A stretch of DNA of 64,000 nucleotides from Clostridia bacterium (GTDB taxonomy: Bacteria > Bacillota > Clostridia > Christensenellales > CAG-138), in contig JAZUMK010000042.1 of assembly GCA_045603585.1 (NCBI GenBank), positions 10,171 through 74,170 of the forward strand, in the 5' to 3' direction. The position numbers and the translations under genes were made by a program. Shown here in pieces: positions 55,864 through 64,000 of this stretch (within the stretch, counting starts at the first letter, position 1; every line of letters starts with the position of its first letter). The notes beneath the pieces were generated by a model. That model saw only the letters and a list, made by a program, of their open reading frames with translations, ran no database searches and was not told the origin of the DNA.

Positions 55864-57066
55864 TTAGGGAATTTTAATGAATTTTACTATATCGCGCTCG
55901 CGGGAGGTAACGTCCATCCACATGACGTGGTCATCGGATACGCCAAGGAACATGGCCTGCTCGTAATCCTGGGTGAGCCTGTATATCTTGCCGTTGTCAA
56001 ATGTGTAAACGTATATGGCTTCATCCCGGGAATAGGCCACAAAATCAGAGCCGAGGCCAAATTCCACCACGCCGCTGTCAATGAGGAAGGGGGTGCCGCT
56101 GAAGCCCTTCATGCCGTACAGCTGGGTGTTTCTGCTGTGTACTTCCGTGAGCCATGCGGCATACTGGCGGTTGCATTCGGGATCGTGGACGAAGGTGCCG
56201 GTGTCCACGGATTTTACAGTGGAGGAGTTTATGTAAATATAGCTGAGAACGCTGGTATCCGACGCGCCCTGGGAGGTTGAGGAGTCTGCCCAGACCAGGG
56301 TGGTGTCGGATATAAAGGGCTTGCTCTGACCGTATACGGAATTGCTGAACATGGCTACCACGGTGGATTCCATGGTGGTAAGGTCGTATACAAACAGCTT
56401 GTCCCTTGTGGTGCCGGTTCTGTCCATAAAGGCCACGTAATTATCCGACAGGAAGGGCTCGGGCTGACCGGAGTATATATCCTTCACCTTGATGGGCTTA
56501 AGGGGGGAGGCGGTCAGGTCAACTGCCATTATTGCGCCGCCCTCGTCAATTTTTGCATCCAGATACACCAGCCATTTGCCGTTGAATTTGGGATACATAA
56601 AGTGGAAATTCTGGGGGGAGAGGGACAGCTTTTCGGCTGAGCGATCTTCCGGGTTAAAGAAGAACATATCGCTGAAGGCTACGTTTTTGCCGTCTGCCGC
56701 CAGCTTGCCCGCTGAGATTATCATGCGTCCGTTGTAGAAGTACGGGTCGGTAAACCATTTGTAATTGGATGAGCCGTCAAATACCAGCTCCTGTGTATTC
56801 CCGCCAAAGTCGTATCCCTTCATGGGATGGGGAGTGGGAGTGGGTACGGGAGTGGGGGCGGGGGTGGCTTCCGGGGTAAAGGGAGCGCGGTATTCTATGC
56901 CGATAAGGTCTGCTGCCTTGGGAACGGCCACGTAAAGGATAAGATAAAGCAGCGCCAAAAAGCCCAGTAGCACAGCTGACAGCTTGATAATGGGTCCCCA
57001 GATGGATGCATTGAGGCTGCGCCTCCTGCGCCTGCGCTTTGCCCTTTTAAAGCGGCGTCTTCCCAT
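55864..57066 (-). CDS. hypothetical membrane-anchored extracytoplasmic protein
   Basis: Arg-rich N-terminus (RRRFKRAKRRRRRR), one TM helix, a Pro/Thr linker, and a beta-rich (propeller-like) C-terminal region. I recognise no motif. Confidence 0.55.
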   Translation of the reverse strand: MGRRRFKRAKRRRRRRSLNASIWGPIIKLSAVLLGFLALLYLILYVAVPKAADLIGIEYRAPFTPEATPAPTPVPTPTPHPMKGYDFGGNTQELVFDGSSNYKWFTDPYFYNGRMIISAGKLAADGKNVAFSDMFFFNPEDRSAEKLSLSPQNFHFMYPKFNGKWLVYLDAKIDEGGAIMAVDLTASPLKPIKVKDIYSGQPEPFLSDNYVAFMDRTGTTRDKLFVYDLTTMESTVVAMFSNSVYGQSKPFISDTTLVWADSSTSQGASDTSVLSYIYINSSTVKSVDTGTFVHDPECNRQYAAWLTEVHSRNTQLYGMKGFSGTPFLIDSGVVEFGLGSDFVAYSRDEAIYVYTFDNGKIYRLTQDYEQAMFLGVSDDHVMWMDVTSRERDIVKFIKIP

Positions 57067-57267
57067 GGTGTCTCCTCGGTACGAATATATATCTGATTAT
57101 ATCACGACAAAGTCCGCCATATCAATGTGCCGATGATAATGCGGCGGTTTTCGGACAGGGATGCAAAATGTCAGAAAAACCTTTATTTATTTTGTATAAG
57201 TGGTATAATTCTGTGGTAAATAACAGGAAGCAGACAAAAAAGTTTACATATTAAGGAGAACACAACA

Positions 57268-57945
57268 ATGCTTGGAACCATAGTGAACACCCTTGCGGTG
57301 GCGGCAGGCGGCACAATAGGCCTGCTGCTGAAAAAAGGCATACCTCAGAAGGTCACGGATGCGGTCATGCAGGGTCTTGCCCTGTGCGTAATATTCATGG
57401 GCATATCCGGCGCCCTTGAGGGCAGCAAAACTCTGGCCATGATAGTTGCCATGGCGCTGGGCGCGGTGGTGGGCACGCTGCTGGATCTGGACGGTAGGCT
57501 GAATAAGCTTGGCGATGCCATCGAAAACAAGATGGCCCCCGGCGGTCAGGGAAAGATAGCCACAGGCTTTGTCACCGCCAGCCTGCTTTACTGCGTAGGC
57601 GCCCTTGCCATAGTGGGCAGCCTGCAGAGCGGCCTCACCGGCGACCATTCCATGCTGTATACCAAGTCCATGCTGGACTTTATCTCCTCCATAGTGCTGT
57701 GCGCAAGCCTGGGAGTGGGCGTAATACTGTCCGCGGTTACCCTGTTTCTCTATCAGGGCGTTATAACCATACTGGCGCAGGCCCTTGCCCCTGTGCTTAC
57801 GGATGGGGTTATTGCGGAGATGACCTGCGTGGGAAGCCTGCTGATAATCGGCATGGGTCTCAATATGCTGGGGGTCACCAAGATAAAGATAATGAATTAC
57901 GTGCCTGCCATCTTCATTGTTATCGGGCTGTATTTCATAATGTAA
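57268..57945 (+). CDS. DUF554 family membrane protein
   Basis: The N-terminus MLGTIVNTLAVAAGGTIGLLLKKG is typical of DUF554 (YdfK/YqgA-like). Confidence 0.75.
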   Translation: MLGTIVNTLAVAAGGTIGLLLKKGIPQKVTDAVMQGLALCVIFMGISGALEGSKTLAMIVAMALGAVVGTLLDLDGRLNKLGDAIENKMAPGGQGKIATGFVTASLLYCVGALAIVGSLQSGLTGDHSMLYTKSMLDFISSIVLCASLGVGVILSAVTLFLYQGVITILAQALAPVLTDGVIAEMTCVGSLLIIGMGLNMLGVTKIKIMNYVPAIFIVIGLYFIM

Positions 57946-58119
57946 AATTCCGCTATTAATAAGGGTTATCAGAGGGGCCGTATGGCCCCTTTTTCCATAT
58001 GATGTATTTTTCACACACTGCTTGTATTGTTCTCATAAACCGTGATAAAATGTATACAGGAAAAGATGGCTCCGATGGAGTTTCTGTCGGAGCAAGAGAA
58101 TATTCAAGGAGGATTTTTC

Positions 58120-58812
58120 ATGCAGTATTCACGCGAAGTGGAAGAAATGTATTGCGTTGCAAAGGGCGCAAAGCATGAACCCGCTCCCATACCCGAAGAG
58201 GGCAAATGGGTAAAAGCCAAGGAAGTTAAGGATATCAGCGGCCTGACTCACGGTGTAGGCTGGTGCGCTCCCCAGCAGGGCGCCTGCAAGCTGACCCTCA
58301 ACATCAAGGAAGGCATCATTCAGGAAGCATTGGTTGAAACTCTGGGCTGCTCCGGCATGACCCACAGCGCCGCCATGGCCTCCGAGATCCTTCCCGGCAA
58401 GACCATTCTGGAAGCACTGAACACCGACCTCGTATGCGATGCCATCAACACCGCCATGAGGGAACTGTTCCTTCAGATAGTATACGGCCGCAGCCAGAGC
58501 GCCTTCTCCGAGGGCGGCCTGGTAATCGGCGCAGGCCTTGAGGACCTGGGCAGGGGCCTCCGCAGCCAGATCGGCACCATGTACGGCACCCTCAAGAAGG
58601 GCCCCCGTTATCTGGAAATGGCAGAAGGCTATGTTCTGGGCATTGGCGTTGACGAGAATAACGAGATCATCGGCTACAAGTTCGTACATCTCGGCAAGAT
58701 GATGGACGCCATCAAGAAGGGCGTAGACCCCAAGGAAGCTTACGAGAAGAACATCGGCACCTACGGCCGCTTTGCTGAGGCCGTTAAGGTTCTGGACCCC
58801 CGCAAGGAATAA
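58120..58812 (+). CDS. NifU-N-like iron-sulfur scaffold-like protein (partner of the GGGtGRT protein)
   Basis: The conserved Cys pattern (GWCAPQQGACKL..., LGCSGMTHSAAMASE) resembles IscU/NifU-N. AAGGAGG RBS at the ATG at 58120. Confidence 0.6.
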   Translation: MQYSREVEEMYCVAKGAKHEPAPIPEEGKWVKAKEVKDISGLTHGVGWCAPQQGACKLTLNIKEGIIQEALVETLGCSGMTHSAAMASEILPGKTILEALNTDLVCDAINTAMRELFLQIVYGRSQSAFSEGGLVIGAGLEDLGRGLRSQIGTMYGTLKKGPRYLEMAEGYVLGIGVDENNEIIGYKFVHLGKMMDAIKKGVDPKEAYEKNIGTYGRFAEAVKVLDPRKE

Positions 58813-58825
58813 GGAGGGCGGCATA

Positions 58826-59821
58826 ATGGCAACTTTTGAAGGTTACGAAAGAAGAATAAATCAGATCAACCCCGTTCTGGAACAGTATGGTCTCAAGACC
58901 CTTGAAGAGGCAGATGAGCTCCTCAAGTCCAAGGGCATCGACGTACGCTCCATCGTTCTGGGCATCCAGCCCATCGCCTTTGAGAACGCCGTATGGGCAT
59001 ACACTCTGGGCGCAGCTATCGCCGTAAAGAAGGGCGTTAAGAGCGCTGCTGAGGCTGCCGAGTGCATCGGCGAAGGTCTCCAGACCTTCTGCATCCCCGG
59101 CTCCGTTGCCGACCAGCGCAAGGTTGGTCTGGGCCACGGCAATCTGGCTGCCATGCTGCTGAGCGACAGCACCAAGTGCTTCGCCTTCCTGGCAGGCCAC
59201 GAGAGCTTTGCAGCCGCTGAGGGCGCCATCGGTATCGCCCGCACCGCCAACAAGGTCCGCAAGGAGCCCCTGCAGGTCATCCTCAACGGCCTTGGCAAGG
59301 ACGCATCCTACATCATCTCCCGTATCAACGGCTTCACCTATGTTGAGACCGAGTACGATCAGTTCACCGGTGAGCTGAAGATCCTTGAAACCAAGGCATT
59401 CAGCAACGGCGAGCGCGCAAAGGTACGCTGCTACGGCGCAGACGACGTAAACGAGGGCGTAGCCATCATGCGTCACGAGGGCGTGGATGTTTCCATCACC
59501 GGCAACTCCACCAACCCCACCCGCTTCCAGCACCCCGTTGCCGGCACCTACAAGAAGTGGTGCAATGAGAACGGCAAGAAGTACTTCTCCGTTGCTTCCG
59601 GCGGCGGCACCGGCCGTACCCTGCATCCTGACAACATGGCAGCCGGCCCCGCTTCCTACGGCATGACCGACACCATGGGCCGTATGCACGGCGACGCCCA
59701 GTTCGCAGGCTCTTCCTCCGTTCCCGCCCACGTAGAAATGATGGGCCTCATCGGCGCAGGCAACAACCCCATGGTTGGCATGACTGTTGCTGTTGCCGTT
59801 GCCATCAGCGAAGCAAAGTAA
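58826..59821 (+). CDS. GGGtGRT family protein
   Basis: Contains the eponymous motif SGGGTGRTLHP. 331 aa with an AAGGAGGG RBS. Confidence 0.75.
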   Translation: MATFEGYERRINQINPVLEQYGLKTLEEADELLKSKGIDVRSIVLGIQPIAFENAVWAYTLGAAIAVKKGVKSAAEAAECIGEGLQTFCIPGSVADQRKVGLGHGNLAAMLLSDSTKCFAFLAGHESFAAAEGAIGIARTANKVRKEPLQVILNGLGKDASYIISRINGFTYVETEYDQFTGELKILETKAFSNGERAKVRCYGADDVNEGVAIMRHEGVDVSITGNSTNPTRFQHPVAGTYKKWCNENGKKYFSVASGGGTGRTLHPDNMAAGPASYGMTDTMGRMHGDAQFAGSSSVPAHVEMMGLIGAGNNPMVGMTVAVAVAISEAK

Positions 59822-59877
59822 TAGCTGCCTGAACCGCTTTTCAGCATCTGAAAAGGGCAAATAAAGCAAAATTTGGA

Positions 59878-59926
59878 TTAGACACATCATTGTGCGAAAA
59901 ACACCAATGATGTGTCTAACTTTTTA
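59878..59926 (+). terminator. strong intrinsic terminator
   Basis: 15-bp stem TTAGACACATCATTG/CAATGATGTGTCTAA followed by TTTTT. Confidence 0.8.
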
Positions 59927-60054
59927 TTTAGCCACATCATTATGATGGGAGGAATAATTGCCCAAAATTACAGTTGAATTATGTGCATTTGCTTGATAGG
60001 ATATAAATATCTTACAGAATAAAAAATAGATAAAGATATTTTGAGGATGAGCTT

Positions 60055-61779
60055 ATGAAGAAAAAGTTTGCTGCGATTTTGATGACCGTTCTGATGACTC
60101 TCTCTCTTGTTCCCGGCAGTGCATTTGCAGAGGAAACATACAATCTGTGGGTAGGAGGGGTGCAGGTAACCAGTGAAAACTTGCATATTGATAATAGCGA
60201 TGATTCCGGAATTAGCGGCATTGCAATTTATGACCCTGATCAAAATCTTTTGTCTTTGTTTGGTTTTTCTTATGCAGGTAGGGGGTATTCGTGGACGAGC
60301 GGTTCAGAAGCTTCTATATATTATGGTGGTACTGATATTCTTGCTATAGCTACTTCAGAAGGTGAAACCAGCATAACTCATCTGCCTTCTGCAGATTGCA
60401 TTAACAGCTATGGTATATATTCCAATGGTGGAATCTTGATATTCGGACATGATAGTGACAGCTTGATTGTCAACGGCGGAGCGGGTACTACAAGCTTTGG
60501 TATATATGCAAATGGCAGTAACGACAGCAACAACAGAAGCGGTGGACTTAGAGTATATGAATGCAGCGTGGTCGCCAATGGTGGAGCTTCGGTAGACAAT
60601 GGAAGTGCGAGTTATGGAGTGATGGCAGATGGTGACATTGACGTAGAAGGCGGTAGCTTGACGGGAAATGGCGGCAGTAGTGGCAAGGAAAGTTATGGCA
60701 TACACACCAGCGGCGGAATTAATATAAGCAATGACGGCAGTTTAATTGGCAATGGCGGAGATGTGAACGGAGAAGATAGCTACAGCATGGGCGTGTATTC
60801 TGACGAGGGCATCGATATGCTTGGAGGAAGTTTGATGGGCTGCGGAGGAGTCGGCAAGTTTAGCTATGGCACAGCAACATATAACATCACGGTATACAGT
60901 GGTAGCTTAACTGCCAATGGAGGAATCGGCAATTATAGTTACGGTGTGAATGCAAAGGCTGGCATTAGAGTATCTGGCGGCAACCTGTCGGGCAGCGGAG
61001 GCACGGCTGTTTACGCAAGTTATGGTGTAGAAGCTACTGGATATGTAGAGGTATCCAGCAATGGTATCCTAATGGGTAAGGGCGGAACTGCAACTGATGT
61101 ATATGGTATGAGTTTTGGAGTATATCCTAGCAGGCTTAATGTATCTGGGGGTAACCTGACGGGCATAGGCGGTAATGCTATGGAAAGCTTTGGTGTAAAT
61201 GCTATTTCAGATGGCATATCTATATCCGGAGGCGTTACTGTAGCACAGGGAAATAAGGCGGCATTCTTTGTAAAGCCCACGGTTAAAGACACTTTTACCG
61301 ATGCAAAGGTGTGGTACGGAGATGATGAAACTGCAGCAGACGATGCAGGCCAGAAACTGATAAGTGACCTTGAGACAAAATTCAATCAAAAGTATGTTCG
61401 TATTGCGGCAGCTCCTGATTCCGGCATAACCCCAACTCCTGTACCCTATGGCAAAGGCAAAGACCACTGGATAAAGTATGAGGGCGGAAACAGTTTTTCC
61501 ACGAGTTGCGGTGCTGTTCCTACTGCGGTTGAAATTGATGGCGTGGAAACGGGCTTCGTGGGTGATGGCAGATATCTCACCGTAACCTGTGTACCTGCAG
61601 GTGCAAATCGTATTACTGTGCGTTGGAATTCCACCAGTGTAAGCGTTAATTTCAAGCCGGATGCAGCAGCATACTGTACCGAGGTTGAAATACCCAAAAC
61701 CGGCGATGCATCCTCTATAGGCTGCGCACTGATGGCAGTCATAGCGGCTGCGGGCACTATGAGAATAAGGCGCAAATAA
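60055..61779 (+). CDS. repetitive cell-surface protein with a sortase-type sorting signal
   Basis: Signal peptide, ~10 degenerate ~27-aa repeats (GG.G..SYG.....GI.V.GGSL.GNGG, beta-helix-like), and a C-terminal IPKTG followed by a hydrophobic stretch and RIRRK. It is AT-richer than its neighbours. Confidence 0.75.
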   Translation: MKKKFAAILMTVLMTLSLVPGSAFAEETYNLWVGGVQVTSENLHIDNSDDSGISGIAIYDPDQNLLSLFGFSYAGRGYSWTSGSEASIYYGGTDILAIATSEGETSITHLPSADCINSYGIYSNGGILIFGHDSDSLIVNGGAGTTSFGIYANGSNDSNNRSGGLRVYECSVVANGGASVDNGSASYGVMADGDIDVEGGSLTGNGGSSGKESYGIHTSGGINISNDGSLIGNGGDVNGEDSYSMGVYSDEGIDMLGGSLMGCGGVGKFSYGTATYNITVYSGSLTANGGIGNYSYGVNAKAGIRVSGGNLSGSGGTAVYASYGVEATGYVEVSSNGILMGKGGTATDVYGMSFGVYPSRLNVSGGNLTGIGGNAMESFGVNAISDGISISGGVTVAQGNKAAFFVKPTVKDTFTDAKVWYGDDETAADDAGQKLISDLETKFNQKYVRIAAAPDSGITPTPVPYGKGKDHWIKYEGGNSFSTSCGAVPTAVEIDGVETGFVGDGRYLTVTCVPAGANRITVRWNSTSVSVNFKPDAAAYCTEVEIPKTGDASSIGCALMAVIAAAGTMRIRRK

Positions 61780-61794
61780 AATAATTACAAAACT

Positions 61795-61822
61795 AAAGGC
61801 ACCCTCCACGGGTGCCTTTTTT
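61795..61822 (+). terminator. intrinsic terminator
   Basis: Stem AAAGGCACCC/GGGTGCCTTT followed by a T-run. Confidence 0.8.
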
Positions 61823-61895
61823 CGACTTATCCCTTATACAGTACCGCTACCGGTACTTATATGGTATAATAACAGCGGCGCAACAAGGAGGACAC

Positions 61896-62177
61896 ATGGG
61901 ATTCTTATCGTATCTGTTTGGGCTGATAAGCCTGCTGCTGACGGCGGACGGGCTGTTTTTCAAAACCGGCATCGGGGAGCTTTTGCCATGGTTTACCGGG
62001 GCGGGGGCGGCGGTGACCGGCTGCCTTATCGCGGTGGTGTGGTATTTTGAGATAAAGGCCACGGAGAAGGCGAAAAAGCACAGGGCAAAGGCCTTTGCCG
62101 CAATGCTTTTCAATGTGGCGGCCTGCATACTGGCGGTGTGCCTGCTGATAATGGGCATACTGGAAACCATAGTATAG
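61896..62177 (+). CDS. small membrane protein
   Basis: 93 aa with 3 hydrophobic helices. AAGGAGG RBS at the ATG at 61896. Confidence 0.5.
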   Translation: MGFLSYLFGLISLLLTADGLFFKTGIGELLPWFTGAGAAVTGCLIAVVWYFEIKATEKAKKHRAKAFAAMLFNVAACILAVCLLIMGILETIV

Positions 62178-62186
62178 GAGGGGCGT

Positions 62187-62903
62187 ATGTCAAATACCAA
62201 GCTGAAGCCATTGTATCTGATGGACATATTCCGCGAAATGACAGACGAGGAGCATCGCCTTACCGTACCTGAGCTGGTGGAAGAGCTGCAGCGGCGGGGC
62301 GTGCGCTCCGAGCGCAAGGGCATATACAGGGACATAGATGCGCTTATCGAATACGGCGCGGATATTCGCAAAACCGGCACAGGGTATTATCTTGCCTCAA
62401 GGAGCTTTACCCAGAGCGAGCTCCGCCATATTGCATGGGCGCTGAAAAGCGCAGGCTTCCTCTCGGAGAAGCGCACAGCTATGCTGATGGGCAAAGTGGG
62501 GGCAATTGGCGGCAATTACACGGGTAAAAAGCTTATCCGTGGGGGAATGCATGCCAAAAAGAGCGAAAATGACGAGCTGCTGACCGCAATGGATGTACTG
62601 GATAAGGCCATCGGCGGGCGGCGGCAGGTAACCTTTTCATATGAAAAAAACAGGGATATTTCCTTAAGGAGATATCGGGTAAGCCCGTATGGGCTGATGT
62701 TCATAAAGGGCAGATGCTACCTTGCCTGCAATATAGAGGGCAGGGAGGATCTGAGCTGCATTCCGGTATACCGCATGCGGGCAGTGCGCTCGGATATGAG
62801 CCCATGGCGGCATTACAGCGAGGTGAGCGATTATCGGGGCGAGTTTCCGCTGGCGGATTTCGCCGCGAGGGCTGTGCGCAATGGCATGACAGAGGAGGTA
62901 TGA
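62187..62903 (+). CDS. WYL-domain transcriptional regulator (HTH plus WYL)
   Basis: N-terminal winged HTH (LTVPELVEELQRRGVRSERKGIYRDIDAL) and a WYL-like core (VTFSYEK...RYRVSPYGLMFIKGRCYL). Confidence 0.7.
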   Translation: MSNTKLKPLYLMDIFREMTDEEHRLTVPELVEELQRRGVRSERKGIYRDIDALIEYGADIRKTGTGYYLASRSFTQSELRHIAWALKSAGFLSEKRTAMLMGKVGAIGGNYTGKKLIRGGMHAKKSENDELLTAMDVLDKAIGGRRQVTFSYEKNRDISLRRYRVSPYGLMFIKGRCYLACNIEGREDLSCIPVYRMRAVRSDMSPWRHYSEVSDYRGEFPLADFAARAVRNGMTEEV

Positions 62904-62904
62904 T

Positions 62905-63315
62905 ATGCTGAAAGGGCATATGAAAAAACTGATATGCGTTGCTGTGGCGTGCATTTTTGCCGCGGCAGCGTGGGGCTGTGCCAAGGAGCAGCCCAAGGAG
63001 AGCCAGTGGGAGATATCCGTATTGTGCGCTGAGGAATCGGCACAGGATTCCTACGTGATAACCTACGGCGGCGTAACGGTGACCTCAGAGACCGGCATAC
63101 TGACCCTTCAGAACCGCAATGATTTTGAGATCGCGGTGCATCTTTCCTGCAATGGGCAGGAGGAGCAGATATTCGAAATACAGCCGGGCGGCATTACCGT
63201 GTTTCATCAGGCGGTAAAGGGAGAGGTGTATACCGTTGGCGTGCATGCCGAGGCAAAAGAGGGAACCAAAATAAACCTTATGGTTTATGACGGCGAAAGA
63301 AGCGAAGTGTACTAA
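62905..63315 (+). CDS. hypothetical lipoprotein
   Basis: Lipobox AAAWGC; 136 aa. It is translationally coupled to the WYL regulator. Confidence 0.55.
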   Translation: MLKGHMKKLICVAVACIFAAAAWGCAKEQPKESQWEISVLCAEESAQDSYVITYGGVTVTSETGILTLQNRNDFEIAVHLSCNGQEEQIFEIQPGGITVFHQAVKGEVYTVGVHAEAKEGTKINLMVYDGERSEVY

Positions 63316-63318
63316 AAT

Positions 63319-63343
63319 AAAAAAGCCCATAAGGGCTTTTTTA
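63319..63343. terminator. bidirectional terminator
   Basis: Stem AAAAAGCCC/GGGCTTTTT. Confidence 0.75.
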
Positions 63344-63838
63344 TTTGGCGGTTTGTTTTGTGATGTATATGTGCGCCGCGCCGAATATTATCGCCATTAC
63401 TGCCAGCAGCCAGTGCCTGAGGGTAAGGCCGCTCAGCAGGAATATGGCAATGGGGATGACGGAAAGCAGAATGGCAAGGTCCTCTGACGGCTTTTTTAAA
63501 TACGGGATATAGCAGGCCCAGTAGGCTATGAGCAGCGCCCCGTTGCCGAAGATGTAAATCATCAGGCCGATTATGGAGCCAAAGCCGAATTTTACAAGGC
63601 CGATATTGCATATCATCAGCAGCATGCAGGCATAGCGGCCTATGTTCTCAAGTATGAGGGCTGCTTTGCTTACAGGGGGACGGGGTTCACCCCGATGCTT
63701 TACGGCGTAAATTATATTGGGTATCAGCATCAGAACAACTATTATAAGGCCGAAGAAATTTATCCAGCCGGGAGATGATGTTACAAATATTGCGGTGGGG
63801 CCGTCTGCTCCGCCGATGATGCCTATGCTCTGATCCAT
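63341..63838 (-). CDS. hypothetical polytopic membrane protein
   Basis: 165 aa with N-terminal IGIIGGADGPTAIF and 4 hydrophobic helices. Confidence 0.5.
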   Translation of the reverse strand: MDQSIGIIGGADGPTAIFVTSSPGWINFFGLIIVVLMLIPNIIYAVKHRGEPRPPVSKAALILENIGRYACMLLMICNIGLVKFGFGSIIGLMIYIFGNGALLIAYWACYIPYLKKPSEDLAILLSVIPIAIFLLSGLTLRHWLLAVMAIIFGAAHIYITKQTAK

Positions 63839-63850
63839 ATGTACTCCTTT

Positions 63851-64000
63851 CTATAAATCCACATCTATTTCTTTATCTGCTGTCATGCTGTCCTCAGTGA
63901 CGATGCAGTCAAGGGCGATGATTTTCACGCCGGCTTTTTTTGCATCCCGAAGGGCAGCGCCAAACTGGGGATGGGTAACGTCATTGGGCACAAGGCGGGA
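63851..64000 (-). CDS. sfsA: sugar fermentation stimulation protein SfsA, C-terminal 49 aa; the 5' end lies outside the window
   Basis: Manual minus-strand translation gives ...SRLVPNDVTHPQFGAALRDAKKAGVKIIALDCIVTEDSMTADKEIDVDL, with the stop at 63853..63851. This matches the conserved SfsA C-terminus. It is not in the ORF track. Confidence 0.65.
   Translation of the reverse strand, partial: SRLVPNDVTHPQFGAALRDAKKAGVKIIALDCIVTEDSMTADKEIDVDL

Overview
The window looks like a sporulating, moderately GC-rich Clostridia chromosome. The evidence is gene content only: spoIIR, sleB-ypeB, yybS-gdpP, murC, ispE, clpB and radA. Most of it is housekeeping. There are gluconeogenesis genes (class 3 fbp, pckA), a glycerate module and stress genes (CIRCE-clpB, msrAB). 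A large methionine/SAM neighbourhood holds metF, a split metH, metY, metA, a DUF62 SAM hydrolase and an ECF transporter.

The one clear accessory region is an ~11.1-kb, visibly AT-richer element at 23360..34452. It is inserted into the 3' half of an elongator tRNA-Met and bounded by perfect 57-bp direct repeats. It encodes an integrase, a cI/Cro-like switch, an Xis-like HTH, a DnaD-like organizer plus DnaB helicase, and TerS plus TerL. It also carries three unknown or scaffold-like proteins, a sigma factor and a Panacea(DUF4065)/MazF-like toxin-antitoxin pair. I recognise no capsid, portal, tail or lysis genes. I read it as a phage-satellite (PICI-like) element of unusual composition; a prophage remnant is the alternative.

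Other signals worth a second look:
- A Met-codon-rich leader ORF with terminator and antiterminator upstream of metY, a candidate ribosome-mediated methionine attenuator.
- A perfect CIRCE followed by a ~390-nt leader with 3.4 copies of a 43-bp tandem repeat before clpB.
- A duplicated tRNA-Arg 3' end flanking a 69-bp tandem hairpin repeat.
- Several hairpin-dense intergenic spacers.

Many long ORFs in the supplied track are antisense shadows of real genes. Two edge-truncated genes (gdpP at the left edge, sfsA at the right) are missing from the track.
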